DNA from: Candidatus Methylomirabilia bacterium
GTDB lineage: Bacteria; Methylomirabilota; Methylomirabilia; Rokubacteriales; CSP1-6
NCBI GenBank assembly: GCA_041499965.1
Contig: JBGQLG010000003.1
Location: forward strand, 15,896-79,895
Direction of reading: 5' to 3'
DNA: 64,000 nt
Below the pieces are notes generated by a model. The model was not told where the DNA came from, made no database searches, and worked only from the letters and a program-made list of their open reading frames with translations. Below, piece after piece: positions 1 through 8,923 of the stretch. Position numbers and translations under genes: made by a program. Each line of letters begins with the position of its first letter. The first letter of the stretch is position 1.

Positions 1-7
1 GTTGCCG

Positions 8-23
8 TGGCAGGGCTGTTGCT
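8..23 (+). promoter_or_regulatory. sigma54 -24/-12 promoter for HAD-LOG operon
   Basis: TGGCAGGGCTGTTGCT (GG-N10-GC); GTG start at 37 lies 15 nt after the -12 C. Confidence 0.75.
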
Positions 24-36
24 CCGTGTCGCATCC

Positions 37-1758
37 GTGGTCCGTTTCCAGGCGCTCGCGCTCGACTACGACGGCACGCTGGTCTCACACGATCACCTCA
101 CCGACGCCACCGTCGCCGCGCTGGAGCGCGCCCGCCGGGCGGGGTTGCAGCTCATCCTGATCACCGGGCGCACCTTCTTCGAGCTCTCACGCGTGTGCCG
201 CCGCCTCGACCTGTTCGACGTCGTGGTCGCCGAGAACGGCGCCGTCCTGCACTATCCGGCCGAGGACGCCATCCGGGACGAGGGGCCGTCACCGCCGCCG
301 AGGCTGATCGCCGCGCTGGACCGGCAGGCGATTCCCTTCCAGGTCGGCCGCGTGATCGTGGCGACCGGCCACAGCTATGAGGGGCAGGTGCGCCGGATCA
401 TGGCGGAGCTGGGGGTCGAGCTCGAGCTCGTGCGCAACCGGGCCGCGCTGATGCTGCTGCCGCCCGGCGTATCGAAGGGGAGCGGGCTCAAGCACGCGCT
501 GCAGCGGTTGGGACTCTCGTTCCATGACGTCCTGGCCATCGGCGACGCCGAGAACGATCTGGAGATGTTCGCGACCTGCGGTTTCGCCGCCTGCCCAGCC
601 AGCGCGGTCGCCGAGGTGACGCAGGTCGCCGACTGGGTGTTCGCCGGGGAGGGTGGCGAGGCGGTCACCCGCGCCATCGACGGCCCCATCCTGGACGGTT
701 CGCTGTCGCCGCCGCGCTCGGGTCGGGAGCGGATCAAGCTCGGCTGGGCCCGGACCACCACCAAGCCGGTGACCATTCCCGCCCAGGGCGTGAACGTGCT
801 GGTGCACGGCGACTCGCTGTCCGGCAAGTCCTGGCTGGCCGGCGGCTTCGTCGAGCGCCTCGTCGCCGCCCGCTACGCGACGTGTGTCATCGATCCCGAA
901 GGGGACCATCAGGCGCTCGCCGACGTGCGGGGCATCACGTGGTGCGAGATCCGCACCACCGAGGACTGGGACGCCGCGCTCGCCGCCTTCGAGCGCAATC
1001 CGGCCGCCAGCGTGGTCGCGGATCTATCGTCCATGCCGGTCGATCGCCAGCTCGGGCTCGTACGCCACGGGCTCACCCTCTTGCGGAGGCTGCGCGCCCT
1101 GCGCGGGCTGCCGCACTGGATCGTGCTCGACGAGGCGCACTACGCGTTGCACGAGGCCGGCGTACCGGATGACGCCGTCGGTCTCGACGCCAAGGGCTTC
1201 TGTCTCGTCACCTATCGACCGAGCGGCCTGCGGGCCTCGGTGCTCGACGCGATCGACCTGTTCGTGTTCGGACGCACCACGGCCGCCGCCGAGCTGGCGT
1301 TCCTCCGGGCGCTCCTGGAGCGGCGCGGGCGGTGCGCGGCGAGCGTGCTCGACACGCTGCCGGAGCTCACGCCTCCCGACTATCTGCTGGCGGCCGACTG
1401 CGGCGGCGTCGGCTTCGTGGCGCCCCCACGCGCGACCCGCCACGTCCGTCATCTCGGCAAGTACGTTGATCACCCGGTGGCGCCGCCGGAGGCGTTCGTC
1501 TTCCGGCGCGGCGATGGTCGATTCACGGCCGAGGCCAACACGCTGCGGTCGTTCCTGGGCTGTCTGCGGGAGGTCGACGACCACGTGCTCCTCCATCACG
1601 CCTCGCGCGGCGACTTCTCTCGCTGGGTCGCCGACGTGTTTCTCGATCGGCAGCTCGCCAACCAGCTCCGCAAGGCCGAGCGGCGGTCGGGGAAGGATGA
1701 TGGGGCGCTCCTGCGAGCATCCCTCACCGGTCTGGTGGCCGGGCTCATCGAGCCGTGA
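37..1758 (+). CDS. HAD-family (Cof-like) hydrolase fused to a P-loop ATPase-like domain and a C-terminal DUF5752-like domain
   Basis: ALDYDGTL, LITGR, AENG, SKG, IGDAENDLEM HAD motifs; GDSLSGKS, IDPEGD, VLDEAH; C-terminal HHASRGDFSRWV; start moved to GTG 37 because of the promoter. Confidence 0.85.
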   Translation: MVRFQALALDYDGTLVSHDHLTDATVAALERARRAGLQLILITGRTFFELSRVCRRLDLFDVVVAENGAVLHYPAEDAIRDEGPSPPPRLIAALDRQAIPFQVGRVIVATGHSYEGQVRRIMAELGVELELVRNRAALMLLPPGVSKGSGLKHALQRLGLSFHDVLAIGDAENDLEMFATCGFAACPASAVAEVTQVADWVFAGEGGEAVTRAIDGPILDGSLSPPRSGRERIKLGWARTTTKPVTIPAQGVNVLVHGDSLSGKSWLAGGFVERLVAARYATCVIDPEGDHQALADVRGITWCEIRTTEDWDAALAAFERNPAASVVADLSSMPVDRQLGLVRHGLTLLRRLRALRGLPHWIVLDEAHYALHEAGVPDDAVGLDAKGFCLVTYRPSGLRASVLDAIDLFVFGRTTAAAELAFLRALLERRGRCAASVLDTLPELTPPDYLLAADCGGVGFVAPPRATRHVRHLGKYVDHPVAPPEAFVFRRGDGRFTAEANTLRSFLGCLREVDDHVLLHHASRGDFSRWVADVFLDRQLANQLRKAERRSGKDDGALLRASLTGLVAGLIEP

Positions 1759-2495
1759 GGCACGAGTGGGGCCGGGTGCCCGGTCCCGTCGAGGTGAGGC
1801 GCTTCCTGGAAGGCCCCCAGCCGCGGAGGTCCGAGCTCCGGCTGGCCCTGGGCATCTTCACGGAGTTCATTCGCGGCTTCCGGTCGTTGCACTTCGTGGG
1901 GCCCTGCGTGACCGTGTTCGGGTCGGCGCGCTTCAAGGAAGACCACCCCTACTACGCGATGGCGCGCGCGATCGGCCACGGCCTCGCCGAGCTCGGCTTC
2001 ACGGTCGTCACCGGAGGCGGGCCCGGCATCATGGAGGCAGCCAACCGCGGCGCCCGCGAGGCGCGCGGCCGCTCGATTGGCTGCAACATCGAGCTGCCGG
2101 CGGAGCAAACGCCCAATCCGTACCTGGACCGCTGGATCACGTTCCGCCACTTCTTCGTGCGCAAGGTCATGCTGGTGAAGTATTCGTACGCATTCGTGGC
2201 GCTACCGGGCGGCTTCGGCACGCTCGACGAGATCTTCGAGACCGCCACGCTGATCCAGACGGGCAAGATCGAGGACTTTCCGCTCGTCCTGGTGGGACGC
2301 GACTTCTGGCGCCCGCTCACCGACTTCCTGCACGGCCCGCTGGAGCGGATGGGACTGATCGATCCCCGGGACGCCGACCGGATCATCGTCGCGGATTCGG
2401 CGACGGAGGCGGTGGAGGCCGTGCGCACCATCGCCGTCCCGAGCTTCGGCCTGCGCTATCGGCAGCCGCGCCGCCGGTGGCTGCTGAACGAATGA
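1755..2495 (+). CDS. LOG-family (TIGR00730-type) Rossmann-fold protein
   Basis: VTVFGSAR, TGGGPGIMEAANRGA, FFVRKVML, PGGFGTLDE; GTGA overlap with upstream stop. Confidence 0.92.
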   Translation: MRHEWGRVPGPVEVRRFLEGPQPRRSELRLALGIFTEFIRGFRSLHFVGPCVTVFGSARFKEDHPYYAMARAIGHGLAELGFTVVTGGGPGIMEAANRGAREARGRSIGCNIELPAEQTPNPYLDRWITFRHFFVRKVMLVKYSYAFVALPGGFGTLDEIFETATLIQTGKIEDFPLVLVGRDFWRPLTDFLHGPLERMGLIDPRDADRIIVADSATEAVEAVRTIAVPSFGLRYRQPRRRWLLNE

Positions 2496-2518
2496 CCGGG
2501 CCGAGCTCGCGAATCCGC

Positions 2519-2593
2519 CTACGTCGCCGGCCGCATCCGCTCAGCGTACTTGATCATGATCTCGCCCATCGCGTTCATCATCTCGCCCCGCAT
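2519..2593 (-). pseudogene. Met-rich C-terminal remnant or micro-ORF (MRGEMMNAMGEIMIKYAERMRPAT)
   Basis: Coding-like codon usage and amphipathic Met-rich helix, no clear 5' part. Confidence 0.3.
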
Positions 2594-2633
2594 CGCAGAC
2601 CGCCCCTGGTTCGGGGCGGCCGCGCCGCCCGGG

Positions 2634-4253
2634 TCATCCGAGCTCCGGCTCGCTCCCCGTCTCTCTCCTGGCCTCGGGCAGCTGGACCATCGTGGCCTCG
2701 GTCAAGAGGAGCAGGCTGGCCACCGACACTGCGTTCTCGAGCGCCACGCGAACGACCTTCGTCGGATCGATGATGCCGGCCTCGACGAGGTCCACCCACT
2801 GCTTGCGGCCGGCGTCGAACCCGAGCGCGCCGGTGCCCTCGCGCATGCGGGCAACGATGACGCCGCCGTCGACGGCGGAGTTCTCGGCGATCTGGCGGGT
2901 CGGCGCTTCCAGGGCACGCCGGAGGATCTGCAGGCCCGTCCGCTCGTCGCCCTCGGTCTTCGCCTCTTCGCGCTCGACCGCCTCGATGGCGCGTAGCAAC
3001 GCCAGCCCGCCGCCTGGCACGATCCCCTCGGCCACGGCCGCCTTGGTGGCGTTGATCGCGTCCTCGAGCGCCTCCTTGCGGCTCTTCATCTCGGTCTCCG
3101 ACGGGGCGCCGACCCGGATGACGGCGACGCCGCCCGACAGCTTGGCCAGCCGCTCCTCGAGCTTCTCCCGGTCGTAGTCACTGGTCGTCTTCGTGATCTG
3201 CTGGCGGATCTGCTGCTTGCGCCCCTCGATGGCGGCCTTGCTGCCGTGGCCGCTGATGATGGTCGTGTTGTCTTTGTCCACCACCACGCGGCCGGCCCGC
3301 CCGAGCTGGCTGGCCTGGACGTTCTCGAGCTTGGTCCCGGTCTCCTCGCTCAGCACCTCGCCGCCGACCAGCACCGCGATGTCGGCCAGCATCTCCTTGC
3401 GGCGGTCGCCGAAGCCGGGCGCCTTCACCGCGATGCAGCGCAGCGACCCGCGGAGCTTGTTGACGACCAGCGTGGCCAGCGCCTCACCCTCGACGTCCTC
3501 GGCGATGATCACCAGGGCCTCGCCCGCCCGCGCGATCTGCTCCAGCAGCGGCAGGAGGTCCTTCATGATCGTCAGCTTGCGGTCGGTGACCAGCACCCGG
3601 GCATTCTCGAGGACGGCTTCCATCTTCTCCGGGTCGGTGACGAAGTAGGGGGAGAGGTAGCCGCGGTCGAACTGCAGACCCTCCACCACCTCGAGCTGGG
3701 TCTCCGTCGTCTTCGACTCCTCCAGCGTGATGACACCCTCGTCGCCGACCTTCTCCATGGCGTCGGCGATCAGCTCACCGATAGCGGTGTCGTTGTGGGC
3801 CGAGATCGCCGCGACCTGCGCCTTCTCCAGCCGGCTCTTCACCGGACGCGACAGCTCGCGCAGTCGCTCGACGGCCACCCGCGTGCCGCGGTCGAGGCCC
3901 CGCTTGAGGTCGACGGCGCTCGCCCCGGCCACCACGTTCTTGACTCCCTCGGCGAAGATCGCCTGGGCCAGGATGGTCGCCGTCGAGGTGCCGTCGCCCA
4001 CGGCGTCGCCGGTCCGCTCGGCCGCCTGCCGGATCGTCTGCGCGCCGAGGTTCTCGGTCGGATCTTCGAGGTTCGTCTCCTTGGCGATGGTGACGCCGTC
4101 GTTGCACACGAGCGGCGCCCCGAACTTCCGCTCGATGAGCACGCACTTCGATCGGGGGCCGAGCGTCACCCGCACCGCATCGGCAACGGCGTTCACGCCA
4201 CGGAGAATTTTCTCTCTCGCCTGCGACCGGAACATGACCTGCGTGTGGCTCAT
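2634..4253 (-). CDS. groEL: Chaperonin GroEL (no adjacent groES)
   Basis: [53 protein letters not shown]; ATG 4253 with GGGAGG RBS; 539 aa. Confidence 0.97.
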   Translation of the reverse strand: MSHTQVMFRSQAREKILRGVNAVADAVRVTLGPRSKCVLIERKFGAPLVCNDGVTIAKETNLEDPTENLGAQTIRQAAERTGDAVGDGTSTATILAQAIFAEGVKNVVAGASAVDLKRGLDRGTRVAVERLRELSRPVKSRLEKAQVAAISAHNDTAIGELIADAMEKVGDEGVITLEESKTTETQLEVVEGLQFDRGYLSPYFVTDPEKMEAVLENARVLVTDRKLTIMKDLLPLLEQIARAGEALVIIAEDVEGEALATLVVNKLRGSLRCIAVKAPGFGDRRKEMLADIAVLVGGEVLSEETGTKLENVQASQLGRAGRVVVDKDNTTIISGHGSKAAIEGRKQQIRQQITKTTSDYDREKLEERLAKLSGGVAVIRVGAPSETEMKSRKEALEDAINATKAAVAEGIVPGGGLALLRAIEAVEREEAKTEGDERTGLQILRRALEAPTRQIAENSAVDGGVIVARMREGTGALGFDAGRKQWVDLVEAGIIDPTKVVRVALENAVSVASLLLLTEATMVQLPEARRETGSEPELG

Positions 4254-4293
4254 CGTCGCCTCCCTCGGGACGTTTCGACCGAGCCAGTGAAGG

Positions 4294-4309
4294 TGCAGTG
4301 CGGATGCCA
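4294..4309 (-). promoter_or_regulatory. sigma54 promoter for groEL
   Basis: TGGCATCCGCACTGCA; AAT-N8-TT at 4325-4337; palindrome CGGGGC-N6-GCCTCG at 4361-4378. Confidence 0.8.
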
Positions 4310-4529
4310 CGCGCGAAGTCCAGGAATCCGCGAGCTTACTGTCGGGGGTTGCGCCGGCACCGGGGCGTTGGCGCCTCGCCTCGCGCTCCCGTGCCTCAGA
4401 CCGCCGAGATCGCGACAGCCAAGGCGAACGGGACGTCCGGGGGTGGAGCGGACGGCCCCGAGCCCAGAGCGCGGCTCGGGCCACGAGTCGACCGATCCGG
4501 TCAGTGTCGCGATGCCGTCGAGGACCTCG

Positions 4530-4808
4530 TCATCGCCCCGCCGGCGCGACCGGATCCCGCGGGACGCTCTTCCAGATCGCGCCGAGGACACGCCCGCTCA
4601 CGTAGCCCACGGTCGCGGTCACCACGACGAGCGCGACGGCCCGGGCAGGCGCGAAGGGCCCGACCTGGTAGGGCGGGGTGATGAAGTGCAGCCAGAAGAT
4701 GAAGTCGATCACCGGCTGCGCCCACTGCGCGAGCACCAGCAGCGACCACAGCAGATGCCAGCCGCCGACAAAGAGCGCCAGCACGATCCCGAGCTTGTGG
4801 GAACTCAT
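4530..4808 (-). CDS. Small membrane protein (92 aa)
   Basis: Two hydrophobic helices, [11 protein letters not shown]...FIFWLHFI; GGAGG RBS. Confidence 0.75.
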   Translation of the reverse strand: MSSHKLGIVLALFVGGWHLLWSLLVLAQWAQPVIDFIFWLHFITPPYQVGPFAPARAVALVVVTATVGYVSGRVLGAIWKSVPRDPVAPAGR

Positions 4809-4943
4809 CCGTTTTCCTCCGGTCGCCAGCGGCTGCCCGACGCCCGCTCCACGGTGCTGCCCGTTGGCTGGCAGGCGGTCGCACGCGCGGGCGTGGGCTC
4901 GAGGAAGGGTAATCGCCGGCCCGGATCTTCGGCGACGATCGCG

Positions 4944-5240
4944 CTACGATCGCGTGAACCGCGGCGACCGGGCCACGACCAGCAGACACCCCTTGCGGCA
5001 CAGGGCGACGCCCGGCGTGCCGAGCACCGAGCAGCAGGTGACGTCGACGAACCGGCGCGTCCACTCGTCCCGCGCGAGCTCGGCGGTGGCCGGCTGCCGG
5101 ATCAGCGAACAGTGGACGCCGGTGGTCACGGGCTGCATGGCGCGCGGGAAGAGGCGTAGCACCCCCAGCACGAGCACGGTCGCGGTCGTGGAGACCACGA
5201 GGACGAGCAGTGCGCCTTCGAGCGTCGTCAGCGAGTACAT
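4944..5240 (-). CDS. Membrane-anchored Cys-rich small protein
   Basis: N-terminal TM then VHC...VDVTCCS...CRKGCL; follows the TraR/DksA gene in the operon. Confidence 0.7.
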   Translation of the reverse strand: MYSLTTLEGALLVLVVSTTATVLVLGVLRLFPRAMQPVTTGVHCSLIRQPATAELARDEWTRRFVDVTCCSVLGTPGVALCRKGCLLVVARSPRFTRS

Positions 5241-5259
5241 GGGCTTTCCCCCCGCGGCG

Positions 5260-5631
5260 TCAGTGCGCCGCTTCGGCCCGGGCTTGGCAGGTCGCACACC
5301 GGCGGGCCGTCGGCACCGCCCGCAGGCGGGTCAGCGGGATCGCGCGATGGCAGCTCTCGCACACGCCGAACACGCCGGCCTCGAGCCGGCGCTGCGCGGC
5401 GTCGATCTCGTCCATCTCGTGCCGCTCGCGACCCTCGAGCCGGGCCAGGAGGTCACCGATGGCACCGGTCGCTGCGCCCTCGCCGAATTCGCTCGGCTGC
5501 TGCGATTCGAGCGTCGCCAGCTCGTCGTCGGTGGTGGCGACGGTACGCGCCAGGCTCCAGCGCATCGCGGCCAGGCGCTGGCGAAACTCCGCGGTCACGC
5601 GCGGCCGTTTCCTGCGTGTCGACGTCGTCAT
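5260..5631 (-). CDS. TraR/DksA C4 zinc-finger protein
   Basis: Coiled-coil followed by FGVCESCHRAIPLTRLRAVPTARRCATCQ; GGAG RBS. Confidence 0.92.
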   Translation of the reverse strand: MTTSTRRKRPRVTAEFRQRLAAMRWSLARTVATTDDELATLESQQPSEFGEGAATGAIGDLLARLEGRERHEMDEIDAAQRRLEAGVFGVCESCHRAIPLTRLRAVPTARRCATCQARAEAAH

Positions 5632-5687
5632 GTCATCGCTCCTCCCGCCGGGTCAGCCTCGTGGCGCCCGAGCTGTCTCGATCTTGG

Positions 5688-5703
5688 TGCACTGCGGGTG
5701 CCA
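5688..5703 (-). promoter_or_regulatory. sigma54 promoter for TraR/DksA operon
   Basis: TGGCACCCGCAGTGCA; AAT-N8-TT at 5719-5731. Confidence 0.8.
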
Positions 5704-5754
5704 TCCCGGAGGTGGCGAAATTCAGGGACTTACGCGACGGGGGGAGGTCCACGG

Positions 5755-5792
5755 CGGGGCGCCGGCGCCCCGCGCGGGACTCGGTCGCCACG
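5755..5792. promoter_or_regulatory. Tandem palindromic enhancer-like sites
   Basis: CGGGGC-GCCGGC-GCCCCG cg CGGGAC-TCGGTC-GCCACG. Confidence 0.65.
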
Positions 5793-5795
5793 CGG

Positions 5796-6017
5796 TCAGC
5801 GCTTCTTGACCTTCGGCTTGGTCACGCCCCACCGCACCCGCGGGCCCTCGGCGGCCTGCATCAGCATGGTGTCCTTGCGCACGGCCACGTGAGCCGTCTT
5901 CTGGCGCCGCCGCACGCGCGGCGTGGGCGGAGTGTCGTGGGGCGGGCTCCCCGCCTTCGGGGAGCGGCGGGCCACCAGGGTCTTGGTGCGTCGGGCGCGT
6001 CGCTTGTTCGCGGCCAT
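5796..6017 (-). CDS. Small highly basic protein (73 aa)
   Basis: MAANKRRARR...KPKVKKR; AGGAG RBS 6 nt before ATG 6017. Confidence 0.55.
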   Translation of the reverse strand: MAANKRRARRTKTLVARRSPKAGSPPHDTPPTPRVRRRQKTAHVAVRKDTMLMQAAEGPRVRWGVTKPKVKKR

Positions 6018-6246
6018 GGGTTGCTCCTGGGGCACGCCGTGGACATGAGGCAACACGGCGTGGGGATCGGAGTAGATGACCCACGTGGGCTCGAGCCAGC
6101 CCCGGGGCGCGGTACGGGCGTCGTGGACCTCGGCGGCCCACTCGAGGTCACGCTCGAGGCTCGACGCGATGAATGCCCGGATCCCGTCGCAGAGACCGGG
6201 ACCGGGCCAGCGGCAAGGTCCTTCGATCCGGCGTCGAACCGGGCGT

Positions 6247-6792
6247 TCAATCGACGACGCCGTGGTTGGCGGGCATGTCCGTCGGTTCCGGGATCGGGAA
6301 CCCGTAGTCGTACGGCTCGGCGGCGCCCGACGGAGCGGCCAGCGGACGGATCGTGGCGAGCCGGGCGCCGAGGAGCTTTTCCATGGCCGCCAGCACGTCG
6401 ATCTCGGTGAGGATGCCGACGATGAGGCCCTCGTCCACGACGGGCAGGGCGCCGATCTTTCGCTCCCGCATGAGGCGCGCGGCCGCCCGCAGGTCGGCAT
6501 CGGCGCGCACGCTGACGACGCCCCACGTCATCACCTCGCCCACGGTGAGCGTCCGCAGCGTGAGGGTGGCGTCGCCGAGCGCGTCCTGGATCCGCGGATC
6601 GAAGACCACCTGCCGGAGATCACGGTCGGTGACGATGCCGACCAGCCGCCCGCGCCCGTCCACGACCGGCAGGTGGCGGATCTTCCGTGTCCGCATGAGG
6701 TCCGCGGCAATGGCGATCGGCGCGTCGGCGCGCACGACGACCGGGTCACGATGCATCCAGTCGCGAACGGGCATGGGCTCGAGCCACTGCAT
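6247..6792 (-). CDS. CBS-domain pair protein
   Basis: VRDWM, IRHLPVVD, GIVTDRDLR, IGALPVV, GILTEID. Confidence 0.93.
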   Translation of the reverse strand: MQWLEPMPVRDWMHRDPVVVRADAPIAIAADLMRTRKIRHLPVVDGRGRLVGIVTDRDLRQVVFDPRIQDALGDATLTLRTLTVGEVMTWGVVSVRADADLRAAARLMRERKIGALPVVDEGLIVGILTEIDVLAAMEKLLGARLATIRPLAAPSGAAEPYDYGFPIPEPTDMPANHGVVD

Positions 6793-6806
6793 CGCCGCGT
6801 CCCCGC

Positions 6807-7373
6807 TCAGCGGTACGCGAGCGCCCACCGGTACGGGCGGGCGACCACGCCTTCGTCCAGGATCTCGCGGAACGTGGCCAGGACGTCGCGCTCGGTGAGG
6901 ATGCCGACGACGCGGTCGGCCTCGACGACGGGCAGCGCGCCGACCTTGCGCTCGTGCATCAGCCGGGCGGCGTCGCGGATGCTGGTCGCCGGCGTCACGC
7001 TGACCGCACCCCAGGTCATGACGTCGCGCACGGTGAGACCGCGCAGCGCATCCGTCGCCCGGGCCAACCGGGCCTGCACGGTCGGATCGAACACTACCTG
7101 CCGGAGATCACGGTCGGTCACGATGCCCACCAGCCGGCCGCTCCGGTCCACGACGGGCAAGTGCCGGATGCGCCGGCCGCGCATCAGGCCGATCGCACCA
7201 CTGACGAGCGCGTCCGAATGGACGGTCGTCACCGAACGGCTCATGCGGTCACCGACCCGGATCGACTCCGGCCACGCGACCGCCTCCTGCTCGTCGCGGC
7301 TGCGGCCGGGGTGCAGCGGGCGGCGTGTGCGGATCTCGCGGGTGATCGTGCGGGTCGGACGGCGTCGGGTCAT
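6807..7373 (-). CDS. CBS-domain pair protein
   Basis: IRHLPVVD, GIVTDRDLR, VGALPVV, GILTERD; GAGGAGG RBS before ATG 7373. Confidence 0.93.
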   Translation of the reverse strand: MTRRRPTRTITREIRTRRPLHPGRSRDEQEAVAWPESIRVGDRMSRSVTTVHSDALVSGAIGLMRGRRIRHLPVVDRSGRLVGIVTDRDLRQVVFDPTVQARLARATDALRGLTVRDVMTWGAVSVTPATSIRDAARLMHERKVGALPVVEADRVVGILTERDVLATFREILDEGVVARPYRWALAYR

Positions 7374-7392
7374 CTGCGACCTCCTCGTGGGG

Positions 7393-7866
7393 TCACCACA
7401 GGTACGTGTCGGGGTCGGCGCCCTTGATGCACGGCAGCGTCGCGGCCAGGGCCTTGAGCGCATCGTGCTCGGTGACGATGCCGACCAGTCGCGTGCCCTC
7501 GACGACCGGCAGGCTGCCGATGCGGGCGTTCGCCATGATGGCGGCCGCTTGGGCCGCCGGCGCCTCCGGGCCGACGGTCACGACCCCCCACGTCATCACG
7601 TGGCTCACGCGGACGTCGTTGAGGACGGCGGTCAGTGCACGCAGCCGACCGCCCTGCTCCGCCGGCAGGTGTTCCACGAGCCCGGCGCCGAACATCGCGC
7701 TCCGCAGGTCGCGATCGGTGACGATGCCGATGAGCCGGCCCTGACCGTTCACGACGGGCAGGTGGCGCAGGCCGCGCTCACGCATCACCGCCACCGCGGT
7801 CTCCACCGGCGCCTCGGGGTCGATCGTCGTCGGCATCGCCGTCATCACGTCCCGGACCTGCATCAC
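7393..7866 (-). CDS. CBS-domain pair protein
   Basis: VRDVMT, LRHLPVV, GIVTDRDLR, IGSLPVV; AAGGAG RBS. Confidence 0.93.
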   Translation of the reverse strand: MMQVRDVMTAMPTTIDPEAPVETAVAVMRERGLRHLPVVNGQGRLIGIVTDRDLRSAMFGAGLVEHLPAEQGGRLRALTAVLNDVRVSHVMTWGVVTVGPEAPAAQAAAIMANARIGSLPVVEGTRLVGIVTEHDALKALAATLPCIKGADPDTYLW

Positions 7867-7948
7867 CGCACTCCTTGCCAGTCAACGCGCGCGTCACGCG
7901 GGCCGCCTCCACCACCGCGAAGCGGCACGCGTGAGCTCGCGCCTGAGG

Positions 7949-8383
7949 CTACTCGGCCTTGATGGGGATGGTCGTGCCCTTGGCGCCCGGCGCCTTGGGC
8001 AGGGTGACGGTGATCACGCCGTTCTTGAACGTCGCCGTGGTCTTGCTGCCGTCCACCGGCGCCGGCAGGCGAACGCTCCGCATGAACGCGCCCCACGACC
8101 GCTCCACGCGATGCTGGCGCTCGTCCTTCTCTTCCTTCTTCTGCTCCTTCTCCCCCTTGATGGTGAGCATGTCGCCATCGAGCGAGATCCCGACGTCCTT
8201 CGCGTCCACGCCGGGCAGCTCGGCCTTCACGATGACCGCGTCCTTGCCCTCGGTCACGTCGAGCGCCGGAGTCCAGTCGCCGAGTGCCGGCAGCTCGGCC
8301 CACGGCGACTCGAAGAACCGCTCGAACAGCCGGTCCATCTCATGCTTGAGCCCGGTCCCGGTCCACGGTGTCAGTGCGCGCAT
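7949..8383 (-). CDS. Hsp20/alpha-crystallin small heat-shock protein
   Basis: WTPALDV, AELPGV, LTIKGEK, ERSWGAFMRS, FKNGVITVTLPK, C-terminal IPI. Confidence 0.96.
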   Translation of the reverse strand: MRALTPWTGTGLKHEMDRLFERFFESPWAELPALGDWTPALDVTEGKDAVIVKAELPGVDAKDVGISLDGDMLTIKGEKEQKKEEKDERQHRVERSWGAFMRSVRLPAPVDGSKTTATFKNGVITVTLPKAPGAKGTTIPIKAE

Positions 8384-8436
8384 CGTCGTCCTCCTCGTTA
8401 CGGGTTCCTGCTTCGATCTGACGTCGCTCGACAGGG

Positions 8437-8452
8437 TGCAAGGCGACTGCCA
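8437..8452 (-). promoter_or_regulatory. sigma54 promoter for hsp20-CBS operon
   Basis: TGGCAGTCGCCTTGCA; AAA-N8-TT at 8468-8480. Confidence 0.82.
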
Positions 8453-8503
8453 CGGCGAAGGATCGAGAAATCACGGCGTTCGACGGGCGGCAGGTGAAGC
8501 GCG

Positions 8504-8542
8504 CGCGGCGACGGCGCCCCAGCGCGGGGCGCCGTCGCCTCA
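8504..8542. promoter_or_regulatory. Tandem palindromic enhancer-like sites
   Basis: CGCGGC-GACGGC-GCCCCA gcg CGGGGC-GCCGTC-GCCTCA. Confidence 0.65.
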
Positions 8543-8743
8543 ACGCCGATGCCGCGTCAGGGTGAGACTCGTTCGCCGGGGGGCGTCCTCACGGAGGCGA
8601 TCGAAGATGCCGCCGCCCGATGTCGTGCTTCCCGGCGGCGGCGTCGTCTGGCCCCGGCCCATCGCCGCGCTGGCCAGGCAGCAGACCATCATCGCGGCGA
8701 GAAGCGGGCACGGGAGGATGCGGGGCAACCGACAACACAGCAT
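8540..8743 (-). CDS. Small protein with signal-peptide-like N-terminus (67 aa, possibly truncated)
   Basis: MLCCRLPRILPCPLLAAMMVCCLASAAMG...; ATG 14 nt after a good sigma54 -12 box. Confidence 0.45.
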   Translation of the reverse strand: MLCCRLPRILPCPLLAAMMVCCLASAAMGRGQTTPPPGSTTSGGGIFDRLREDAPRRTSLTLTRHRR

Positions 8744-8755
8744 GCGCTCGAGCGG

Positions 8756-8771
8756 TGCAAGGCTTCGGCCA
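8756..8771 (-). promoter_or_regulatory. sigma54 promoter (divergent pair with pfkB promoter)
   Basis: TGGCCGAAGCCTTGCA; shared palindrome TGAGGC-GCGTCC-GCCTCG at 8812-8829. Confidence 0.7.
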
Positions 8772-8890
8772 GAGGGGGCCCGGAACGGTCTCGGGAGGCG
8801 CAGCCCCGGAGTGAGGCGCGTCCGCCTCGGCCGGTACCGCCAGCGATGATCGACCATCCCACAACTCTCCAGTTTCGCTCGACTGGGTCC

Positions 8891-8906
8891 CGGCACCCGA
8901 CTTGCC
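8891..8906 (+). promoter_or_regulatory. sigma54 promoter for pfkB
   Basis: CGGCACCCGACTTGCC; AA-N8-TTT at 8863-8875. Confidence 0.75.
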
Positions 8907-8923
8907 CGTGTCCGTCGTCGGCC

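Noticed and set aside
8507-8539. Perfect 14-bp hairpin as an intrinsic terminator
   Set aside because: No U-tract; better explained as two adjacent enhancer palindromes, though a dual role is possible.
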